Below the pieces are notes generated by a model, which saw only the letters and a program-made list of their open reading frames with translations, did not search any database and had not been told where the DNA came from. From the NCBI GenBank assembly GCA_965224245.1, contig OZ245046.1, positions 3,424,001 to 3,488,000 on the forward strand: DNA of 64,000 bases. The letters run 5' to 3'. The position numbers and the translations under genes are program-made. The stretch comes from Candidatus Eiseniibacteriota bacterium (lineage in GTDB: Bacteria > Eisenbacteria > RBG-16-71-46 > CAZAMP01). Numbering within the stretch: the first letter of the stretch is position 1; each line of letters begins with the position of its first letter. This document shows, in pieces, positions 56,231 through 64,000 of the stretch.

Positions 56231-58030
56231 TCATCGAACGATGACGAGCTGTCCAGTCTTGCGTTCACCGGTGGGCGCTTCGACGAGCCAGAGATAGACG
56301 CCGCTGACGACGATCTCGCCGGACTCGTTCCGAAGGTTCCAGTCGTGCGTGCCATGCACCTCTGCGTGCTCGAGCCGGCGGACGAAGTCCCCCGCCAGCG
56401 TGTAGATCTTGATCGTCGCCTCGGTGGGGAGATTCACGAACTGGATCTTGCGCTGGCCGGGAAGCTCCCATCGTGGGAAGCTCGCGCTGTCGACGTCGCG
56501 GACGTACGGGTTCGGAACCGGGTACACGTCCGCGAGGAGTGAGGTCCTGTTGGCCGCCTGCGATCGCGCGTAGAGCGTCTCCGGCCACACCGCGGCCGTG
56601 TTGGGCACGACGCGATCGGGCACGCCGTCCACGAACACGGTGTCCTCGCACGCCGAGGGAAACTCCACGTTTCGGGATCGGTTGCGGTACCGGGAGAACG
56701 TCGTGACCGCGTAGCGGAGCTCGAAACCGTTGTACGGACCGGGAGCGTCCAGCACGATCACCGGCGGCTGCTCGTCCTCGCCGCCGCCCAGGTCGTCCTC
56801 GGTCTCGCCGAGGGTCAGGGCCCGGATCGACTCGGGGTCGTTGAACGACCGGGACTCGACGCCGCCCTTGCGTTGCTGCAGGAGAACGCGGGCCGTGCCG
56901 CCTGGCGTGTCGGAGCCGACCATGACGAACGCGAAGTCTCCCTCCACGTCGTCGGGCACGGACCACTCCGTCTCGTCTGTGGTGAGGAGGCGCTGGCCGC
57001 CGGGAACGGCGTCGAAGAATGCGCTGGCCCACGACACCGAGGCCTGCTGCCCGACCAGCTGGGGCGTGCCGCGCAGCACCATCGCGATCTCGGAGCCGGC
57101 GGTGAGGATGGGCCGCGGCAGCGAGTCCGGGAACTCCCAGGACGCCCACGCGATGCCCGAGGTCGCACCGCCGCTGCCGAACCGCCGGGTGGTGGATCCG
57201 ATCACGGCTTCCACGTTGGGAACGCCGCCCGGTGCCTCCACGATGTCGAGCTCGGTGACCCAGATCGACTCGGCCGGCCCGAGAAACAGCCGTACGCGAT
57301 GGAGCTCCACGTCGCCGCCGGCGGGCATCGTGAGGGTCTGCGCGAGCGAGAATGTCTCGATGATGTCCTCGCCGGTGAACTCGTCCTGTCCCACCACGAT
57401 GGGGCCGAAACCGATGGAGCCGATGTCGAAGTCCCACGACTTCGAGGACTCCTCGTCGAGGGGCCGCGTGACGTCGTAGGTGCGGATCTTGCGGAAGCCG
57501 CGCAGCTTCGGATCCAGCTGGTTGTCGTACGCCGCGCGCCAGACGTTGTAGCCGCCGAATGCGCGATCGCCGGGGTCGGGGATGCTGACGCGCGTCGCGC
57601 CGAGCGTGTCGGCCGGGTCGCGTCGCCACTCGAGGTCGACCGTCCGGCTGCCGACCTCGGCGATCGTGAGCAGCAGACCGTCGATCGCGAAGCGACCGCT
57701 CCGCACGCTGCCGGTGGCGCACCCGATCCGGAGCGACAGGTTGCACGCCGCCCCCATGCCCAGGTCCGACACGGTCCACTCGTACCGACCACCGTTGGGA
57801 ATGTCGTCCGCGATCGTGTCGATGTAGTCGCGGCCGGCGTAGAGCTCGATGTCCACGAGGGAGCACTCGGAGAACGTGTCCCAGGTCACCTGAATGGTGT
57901 CGCCGACGAGCAGGCTCGTCCCGCCCGCGGGCATGGTCACGGCGGCCTGGGGCCGCGGTGCGATCGCGCACGTCGCCGCGAGCGTGAGGGCCACGAGCCG
58001 CGCGTGAGCCGAAAAGCGTCGATCAATCAT
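56231..58030 (-). CDS. Secreted protein with N-terminal Ig-like module and T9SS-type CTD variant
   Basis: Signal peptide; VYPVPNPY..IQFVNLP..IKIYTLAG..WNL..SGVY. Confidence 0.8.
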   Translation of the reverse strand: MIDRRFSAHARLVALTLAATCAIAPRPQAAVTMPAGGTSLLVGDTIQVTWDTFSECSLVDIELYAGRDYIDTIADDIPNGGRYEWTVSDLGMGAACNLSLRIGCATGSVRSGRFAIDGLLLTIAEVGSRTVDLEWRRDPADTLGATRVSIPDPGDRAFGGYNVWRAAYDNQLDPKLRGFRKIRTYDVTRPLDEESSKSWDFDIGSIGFGPIVVGQDEFTGEDIIETFSLAQTLTMPAGGDVELHRVRLFLGPAESIWVTELDIVEAPGGVPNVEAVIGSTTRRFGSGGATSGIAWASWEFPDSLPRPILTAGSEIAMVLRGTPQLVGQQASVSWASAFFDAVPGGQRLLTTDETEWSVPDDVEGDFAFVMVGSDTPGGTARVLLQQRKGGVESRSFNDPESIRALTLGETEDDLGGGEDEQPPVIVLDAPGPYNGFELRYAVTTFSRYRNRSRNVEFPSACEDTVFVDGVPDRVVPNTAAVWPETLYARSQAANRTSLLADVYPVPNPYVRDVDSASFPRWELPGQRKIQFVNLPTEATIKIYTLAGDFVRRLEHAEVHGTHDWNLRNESGEIVVSGVYLWLVEAPTGERKTGQLVIVR

Positions 58031-58057
58031 CCTCATCCTCCACACGTCAGGCGGCCC

Positions 58058-58086
58058 ATTATAGAAGGGCGCCATCGGTCTCACAA
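58058..58086 (-). promoter_or_regulatory. Sigma70 promoter TTGTGA-N17-TATAAT
   Basis: Consensus -10 with 17-bp spacer upstream of 58030. Confidence 0.7.
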
Positions 58087-58247
58087 CAAGCGAGAAGGCT
58101 CGCGCCGCGCTCCGCGGCGAGCCGGACGGGACCGGCCCCGCGGTGTCCGGGATCGGCTCGGTCCTGCGCTCTCGGCTCTCTGGAGGGGGTCGATGCGGCG
58201 CCGGCCCGGGGACCGGGCGCCACATCGTCGAATGGGAGAGATCCGGA

Positions 58248-60770
58248 CTACGGCGACACTCCGAAGACCCAGTCCGTGGCTTCCTTCATCAGCCTCGACA
58301 TCGATCCATCCTCGGCCTCGGCCTCGCGGAAGGCGTAGAGCTGGAACCCGAGCCACACGATACGCCCCTGGGCCGACTCGGGATCGGGGTTGCGATACCG
58401 CATGACGACCGGCTGGTTCTCGAGCTTGGAGCCGAAGGGCGTCAAGCACACGTCTTGCACGAGGTTCAGCCACTGCGGGCTGTCCGGATCGTCCGGATCG
58501 TAGTCGGGGTTGAGCTCGGCCCGCTCCCACGCCCACGCGTTCGCGGTCATCGTGTACAGCGTGTCGAGGCCGGCGGTGATCAGGGGCGGCGCTCCGTCGG
58601 GAGCCGAGATGAGGCCGCCGTTCGTGTTCTTGCGCCCGAGATTCCAGCTGTCGTGCCAGATCGCGACGCGCTCGGGATCGTAGCCGGTCGGGTCGGGGAT
58701 GCCGAGCGGGTACTCCTCGGCGATCGCCCGGGCCGACGGGCGCAGGGCGACGATGCCGCTGCACGGCAGCAGCAGCGAGGTCACGGTGCCACGCGGAGCC
58801 CGGTCGAACTTCGTTCTGAATCGCATGATGTCCCACACGAACGACCCGGGGCCGAAGTTCGGGTTGTCGAACTGCGGGAGCTCGGGAACGTAGGCGTCGG
58901 ATGTCAGGTAGAAGTCGCCGAGGAGCGCGCCGATCGTCTGGCGCCCCCACACGATCAGGTTGCCGCCCGCCCGAACGTAGATCGACAGGTACTTGCCGAA
59001 CTCCGCGGTCGGGCTCTGGTCGGTCAGGTTGCCCAGGAGCGAGCCGTCCAGCCCGCCCGGGGCCACGTTCCAGTAGAGCGTCTTGAACCGGCTGAGGTAG
59101 GACAGCTCCATCTCGCGCCGGTTCGTGCTTTCGACGCACTCCCGGGGCGTCAGCGCCGCGTCGAACAGGAAGAGCTCCTCGCCGAGCTCGAGGTGATCCT
59201 CGACCGCGTGGCGCACGATGGGACGGATGAAGTTGTCGTGGTCGCAGTCGTTGATGCCGGACGCGGTGAAGTCGTCGATCAGCACGGCCGTGCGGTCGAA
59301 CGAGAACGGGATGACCTCCATGATGATCGACGCGATGATCTCGCGGTCGGCGCGATCGCTCTCGTCGCGCGCCTTGATGTACAGGACGTGCGACTGCCCC
59401 GCGTCCTCCTCGGTGAACGTGTACTTGAAGCCGGTCGAGTTTCCCCAGCCGATCCATCCGCCGATGCCGTTGTCCGATCCGCAGACCTCGCACTCGGGGT
59501 CGGGGATGTCGAGGGCGAAGTTCATGTTGCCCTCTTCGGCACCGTACCAGGACGCGTCCTGCGTCCACTCGAAGTCGAGCTCGACGTTGACCGGCACCTC
59601 CACGCGCCACTCCTCCCCGGGCGCGGTGAACCGCCTGATCCCCAGGAAGTTACGCTCGCGGACGGTCAGGTGCGGATTGACCGGCCGGAGCGGGTCGACG
59701 AACAGCTTCAGCACGTTGCCGATGTTCTCCTCGTCGCGTACCAGGAGCACGCGATCCGGACTGACCGCGCCGGCCTGATCCACGGCACGGATGGCGATCG
59801 CGTAGAAGCGCGGGCCCGCGAGGTTGCGGAGCTGAATCCGGTCGCTCGGATACGGAGCGTCGAGCTTCGGCCACCAGTCGGTCTCGTAGTAGTGCTCGGG
59901 CGTCGGTAGTGGCGGGAACTCGACCCCCGCCTCCTGGGGCTCCGGCACGGCGAGTGAGTCGGGGATCAGGAGGTTCCTCTCGCGGATGGCGGACCAGCCG
60001 GTCGGCGGCAGCGAGTGGATGAGCTTGCGCAGGATCGGGGCGTCGTCACTGCTGAGCCCCTCGGTCTCGCTGATGCCGATCAGCTTGAGCTGGTAGCCGA
60101 CCGGCAGCTTGTCCGGATTGACCGCGTCCTCGTCGCGTCCCGACCAGCGCACGTTCAGGAACGTGCTGACCGAGGCGAGCTTCTCCGATCCGCTGCCCAC
60201 CGGCTGCAGGATGCGTGCGGTCGGAGCGATCGTCACGGCGTTGAAGAAGCGCATGTCGGACGGTGACTCGGCTCCGCGGTTGTCGATGGCCTTGATGAAG
60301 AACGAGTGCCACTGCGACGCCGTCGGCGGCACGCCCGGTCGCTCGTCGTCGGCCGCCTCGAACGCGAAGCTACCGGAGAAGGTGTCGATGCGCCGCCAGA
60401 GCGAGTCGGGGCTGTCGTACAGGGGCTCGACGCCGTTGGCGATGCAGACGGCCGGGTCGTTGGACTTGCCCGGCACCTCGATCGTCGTGGTCTCGCCCGT
60501 CTCCTCGTCGATCACGTCCACGGTCTCGGTGAACCGACACAGGCACGTGTCGTCGATGGCGTACAGGAAATGTGAGACGGTGCCGTCCGGGTCGGACCCG
60601 AACCAGTAGAACTCGACGCGGTAGTCGGCCTCGCTGCCGTTGGCGGCGCCACCGGTGATGCGGACCGAAGGCGACTCGTTCGGCTGCGGGTTCTCTCGGA
60701 GACCATCCCAGCCGCACCCCATGACGAGTGCGGTCGTCAGCGTCGCCAGAAGCAGAGGTCGGGATCGCAT
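58248..60770 (-). CDS. Large lipoprotein with repeated Ig/FN3-like modules
   Basis: LVMG-C lipobox; WxGxDxDG and AIDNRG/AVDQAG modules; GGAGG RBS. Confidence 0.8.
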   Translation of the reverse strand: MRSRPLLLATLTTALVMGCGWDGLRENPQPNESPSVRITGGAANGSEADYRVEFYWFGSDPDGTVSHFLYAIDDTCLCRFTETVDVIDEETGETTTIEVPGKSNDPAVCIANGVEPLYDSPDSLWRRIDTFSGSFAFEAADDERPGVPPTASQWHSFFIKAIDNRGAESPSDMRFFNAVTIAPTARILQPVGSGSEKLASVSTFLNVRWSGRDEDAVNPDKLPVGYQLKLIGISETEGLSSDDAPILRKLIHSLPPTGWSAIRERNLLIPDSLAVPEPQEAGVEFPPLPTPEHYYETDWWPKLDAPYPSDRIQLRNLAGPRFYAIAIRAVDQAGAVSPDRVLLVRDEENIGNVLKLFVDPLRPVNPHLTVRERNFLGIRRFTAPGEEWRVEVPVNVELDFEWTQDASWYGAEEGNMNFALDIPDPECEVCGSDNGIGGWIGWGNSTGFKYTFTEEDAGQSHVLYIKARDESDRADREIIASIIMEVIPFSFDRTAVLIDDFTASGINDCDHDNFIRPIVRHAVEDHLELGEELFLFDAALTPRECVESTNRREMELSYLSRFKTLYWNVAPGGLDGSLLGNLTDQSPTAEFGKYLSIYVRAGGNLIVWGRQTIGALLGDFYLTSDAYVPELPQFDNPNFGPGSFVWDIMRFRTKFDRAPRGTVTSLLLPCSGIVALRPSARAIAEEYPLGIPDPTGYDPERVAIWHDSWNLGRKNTNGGLISAPDGAPPLITAGLDTLYTMTANAWAWERAELNPDYDPDDPDSPQWLNLVQDVCLTPFGSKLENQPVVMRYRNPDPESAQGRIVWLGFQLYAFREAEAEDGSMSRLMKEATDWVFGVSP

Positions 60771-60772
60771 GA

Positions 60773-62797
60773 CTAGTGCCTCCCTGTGGCGTGCGGGTCG
60801 GCGTCGGCACTGGCCCGGTCGCCCGCCGGCACCCCCTCGTCGATGACGGTGAATGGAATCACGTACCGACTCGTGCGCTCGGCCACATCGGTCCCGGCAT
60901 CGAGGGTCTGCTCCAGCCAATCGCGGATCTCGACGTAGAGATAGTGCTCCTGCACGCGACGGTCCTGGATGATCAGCGGCTTGAAGCAGATGGGCACGAT
61001 CTCGTTCTCCCGGATCGGGCGGCCGGGCAGCATGATCCGGTCCCAGCCGGCGGTCCGTCCCGGCGCCACGTCGACACCCCAGCGTACGTGCGTGACCCAC
61101 CCGGCCGAGAACGGGCGAATGCCCGCGGACATGCCGGTGTCGGTGTCGCGCGCGAACAGGAGGGCGCAGAACGAGGCCACGCGCGTGCCGGCATCGGGAT
61201 CGAGGTCCTCGAACTCCAGCGAGAACGTCTGGCCGGGCTGTGGGAACGCGGCGAAGTCCAGCGCGCTGATCGGCGCGTCCTCGCCGCTGTCGGCGTATAG
61301 GGTGGTCACCGCGCACGGCGTGTCGGACTCGGCAGCGCTGCCCTGGGTCCGATCCACGACGTACGTGGTGTCGTTGCCGCAGACCGTGACGGTGTCGCCG
61401 GGGGCCCCGGTCAGACACCCGCATGCGCCCATGTCGAATCCGGGCTTGTCCAGAATGAGGCGCGGCGACCTGTCGACGTGGATCTCGAGCGTATCCGCAT
61501 ACGCGGTTCCGCGCTGACCGGTGTCGTCGACGCCGGCCACGATGATGCGCCAGTCCCCCGACGTGAGCGGGCCGGCGATGACGGTGTTCGGGGTGTCGGG
61601 TGCGTACGCGGCGCAGTTCCAGCCCGTGTTCACGCAGGTCAGATCGCCCGGAACCTGCTCCTCGCCCGGCGGCGCCCACGGCGCGTACCGCGGCGAGCAC
61701 TCGAGCACGGTGATGTCCAGTCCCTGGACCTCGCCGTCGGGGTCGTTCACCTCGACCTCGAACTGGACCCACCAGCTGCTCGACGGGGATTCGACACCGA
61801 GGGTGTCGGCCGTGCTGACCCAGGTCATGCCGTTGCCGATGTCGGGATCCCAGGGAGGCTCGGGCAGATTCTGCGCCGTGTAGTCGTAGGGCGCGGTCTC
61901 CGGCCCGAGATCGCAGTCGAAGTCCGGGTCCACGACCCGGAGGTTCGAGATGCGGAACGCACAGTCCTGGGGATCGGCGCCCGGGGGACACTGGACGTCG
62001 GCCTCGGCGTCGATGTTCACGTGGAAGTAGCGGCAGGCCTCGCCCTCCCAGCCCGCGTCGTCGATCGGCTTCACGAAGAACGAGTACGACCCGGGCGAGA
62101 GATCGGGGTACACGACGGACGTGTCGGAGATCGACCCGCCCCGGAAGTCGCTGTCCACGCCCGCGAGCTTGTACTCGAACGCCACGACCGATCCGACACC
62201 GGTCCCGAACAGCGAGTCGGCGTCGACGCCGCGCCAGCGGAACTCCGCGGTCGCGCCGATCGGAAGCGTGTCGGGCGGGAAGCCGACCTCGCACCGGGCG
62301 GGCACGTGCATGTCGATCGTGTCCGGCCAGTCGGCCCGGTAGCCGCGGTCGGCGGTGAACACGACCGTCGGCGGCTCGAAGTCCTTGGCCTGGAAGAGCA
62401 CGTACGCGGGGTCCAGATCGCGGCGGCCGAGGTTGTCCACGGCACGCACGTAGAACCGGTTGTGAAGGAGCTGTGCGGTGCCGTCGTCGCCGCCGACGGG
62501 AAACCGCACCAGGCTGTCGGTGCGAAACGTCTGGTGCCACACGACGTCGTCGAGGTTGCCGGCCGAGTCGGTCACGGTCACCTCGAAGAACGCCACCTGG
62601 CCGTCGGGGTCGTACCCGTCCCAGTAGAGCTGATTGATGTAGAACCCGGCTTCGTTGTACTCGGGCGATTGAACGAGATACGTCTCGGGCGCCCGGTTCT
62701 TCTCGTCGCCGACCGGATCCTGGTCGCGACAACCGGCCCAGAGAACGCAGACGGCCCCGACCGCCATCACCAGCCGGGAGCGACTCGTGTTCGTCAT
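60773..62797 (-). CDS. Large lipoprotein, paralog-like to the downstream gene
   Basis: LWAG-C lipobox; NRAPETYL, WDGYDPDG, AVDNLG modules. Confidence 0.8.
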   Translation of the reverse strand: MTNTSRSRLVMAVGAVCVLWAGCRDQDPVGDEKNRAPETYLVQSPEYNEAGFYINQLYWDGYDPDGQVAFFEVTVTDSAGNLDDVVWHQTFRTDSLVRFPVGGDDGTAQLLHNRFYVRAVDNLGRRDLDPAYVLFQAKDFEPPTVVFTADRGYRADWPDTIDMHVPARCEVGFPPDTLPIGATAEFRWRGVDADSLFGTGVGSVVAFEYKLAGVDSDFRGGSISDTSVVYPDLSPGSYSFFVKPIDDAGWEGEACRYFHVNIDAEADVQCPPGADPQDCAFRISNLRVVDPDFDCDLGPETAPYDYTAQNLPEPPWDPDIGNGMTWVSTADTLGVESPSSSWWVQFEVEVNDPDGEVQGLDITVLECSPRYAPWAPPGEEQVPGDLTCVNTGWNCAAYAPDTPNTVIAGPLTSGDWRIIVAGVDDTGQRGTAYADTLEIHVDRSPRLILDKPGFDMGACGCLTGAPGDTVTVCGNDTTYVVDRTQGSAAESDTPCAVTTLYADSGEDAPISALDFAAFPQPGQTFSLEFEDLDPDAGTRVASFCALLFARDTDTGMSAGIRPFSAGWVTHVRWGVDVAPGRTAGWDRIMLPGRPIRENEIVPICFKPLIIQDRRVQEHYLYVEIRDWLEQTLDAGTDVAERTSRYVIPFTVIDEGVPAGDRASADADPHATGRH

Positions 62798-62865
62798 GGT
62801 AGGAATTCCCAAGTGGTAAGAGGGTGCAACCCCGCCCCTTCGTCGTCATCCACCCCAGCGTGAAT

Positions 62866-62894
62866 ACCCTATCAGCAGCCTAATCCACGGTCAA
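62866..62894 (-). promoter_or_regulatory. Sigma70 promoter TTGACC-N17-TAGGGT
   Basis: Good -35, 17-bp spacer, TAnnnT -10. Confidence 0.55.
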
Positions 62895-62977
62895 CAATGC
62901 CCCGAGACGGCCCGCGCGCCTCGGTTTCCGCCCGTCCTTCCCGCCGGAGGGGCGTCTCCATCGGTGCGGACCGCTCG

Positions 62978-64000
62978 TCAGCCACCGGCGTGCCGGGCGG
63001 GCGGGGGCGACGCGAGAGCCCGCGCGATCGGACCGGCCAGCCTCGCGGCGATGAACCCGTTCCCGGCGGCGTTGGGGTGCGCGGGATCGAGAAACCACTC
63101 GCCGTTGGTAGTCGGATCGGCCTCGCAGAGTTCCGGAATCCGCACGAACGGTACCCCCTCCCGCTCCGCGATCCGGGCCGCCAGGTCGCGATACCCGGAG
63201 ACGGGGGTCCGAAGCGTGAACCAGGTCGGGCCGTAGGGTGTCAGTGTCTCGGTTTGAAACGGGGTTCCGAGGACGATCCCCTGCGCACCGGTCGCCCGGA
63301 TGTCCGCCAGGAGGCCCTCGAGCGTGGTGGCGTAGTCCGCCGGCCCCAGGCGCGCGACCGGAGCGCCCCCCGCTCTCGCCCACGGCGGAGACGCCAGCAG
63401 GCCCCGCATGAGTCGGTAGAAGCGGCGTTCGTGGAGCAGGGCGCGGACCCCGAGTAGACGCGCGCCCGCGCGATGGACGTCGAGGTCCGAGGCGAACATC
63501 TCGCGCGCGTCGTTGAAACCGTAGGAGACGACGACGAGGTCGGGGCGGAGACGTTTCGAGAGCCGGCGCCACTGTCGGCGGCCCTGAAATGCCGTGTATC
63601 CGGGGATGCCGGCGTTCACGACGTCCACGTGCAGGCCCTGTTGCGCGAGGCGTTTCCGGACGAGCTCGGGGAACGTCTCATCCCACGAGAGACCGTAGCC
63701 GAACGTCACCGAATCGCCGAGGAAGAGCACCAGTGGACGATCCCCGCCGGAGCGCACGGGCTCCGGGCCACGCAACCCGAGCGAGTTCGTTCGAAAGCGC
63801 GTGCGCTCGCCGACGACGTCGAGTCCGGGACGCAGGACCCAGAAGAGATCGGGATCCGTGTCGTAGAACAGCTCCTGAGCGTCGATTTGATGGACGAGCT
63901 CATGGAACGTGGGGTCGCTCTCGGTGCGCGGGAGGCCGAGCAGGGCGAGCACGATCTCGACGCCGCCCACGAAGATGAGGAGGGAGGCCGTGGCGAGACC
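62978..64000 (-). CDS. SGNH/GDSL hydrolase family protein, 5'-truncated
   Basis: FLGDSVTFG, NAGIPGY, YGFND, DPAHPN blocks. Confidence 0.9.
   Translation of the reverse strand, partial: GLATASLLIFVGGVEIVLALLGLPRTESDPTFHELVHQIDAQELFYDTDPDLFWVLRPGLDVVGERTRFRTNSLGLRGPEPVRSGGDRPLVLFLGDSVTFGYGLSWDETFPELVRKRLAQQGLHVDVVNAGIPGYTAFQGRRQWRRLSKRLRPDLVVVSYGFNDAREMFASDLDVHRAGARLLGVRALLHERRFYRLMRGLLASPPWARAGGAPVARLGPADYATTLEGLLADIRATGAQGIVLGTPFQTETLTPYGPTWFTLRTPVSGYRDLAARIAEREGVPFVRIPELCEADPTTNGEWFLDPAHPNAAGNGFIAARLAGPIARALASPPPARHAGG

Noticed and set aside
60771-62849. N-terminal extension making a 1533-aa ORF (58248-62849)
   Set aside because: Overlaps the real lipoprotein gene in another frame; RBS and lipobox support the start at 60770

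Overview
64 kb of very GC-rich (~70%) bacterial chromosome with about 44 genes. I found no rRNA, tRNA, CRISPR array or mobile element. The gene content suggests an uncultured FCB-related lineage such as Ca. Eisenbacteria, Latescibacterota or Krumholzibacteriota (inference only): many exported proteins end in a FlgD-Ig/T9SS-like C-terminal domain, and there are PEP-CTERM, dockerin-like and large Ig-repeat lipoproteins. Housekeeping and metabolic genes include ppdK, cobB, mnmA with a cysteine desulfurase, nifJ with a DHODH-like gene, an RND pump and a YbaK-family deacylase. Accessory genes include a wzz-like/O-antigen ligase-polymerase pair, a cNMP-histidine kinase/REC-thioredoxin reductase pair, a five-gene fatty-acid modification (furan/cyclopropane-type) operon, two metzincin proteases and a Tat-exported deiminase. 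The most unusual observations are: (1) two atypical one-component regulators (HTH plus a catalytically dead M29 aminopeptidase; HTH plus a solute-binding-like domain and Zn ribbon), each with a palindromic operator and each next to a secreted FG-GAP beta-propeller gene; (2) an oriented ~24-bp motif upstream of three exported-protein genes; (3) seven proteins sharing one C-terminal sorting domain. Start codons were re-picked by eye from RBS and gene overlaps. All family calls come from motif recognition, not database searches.
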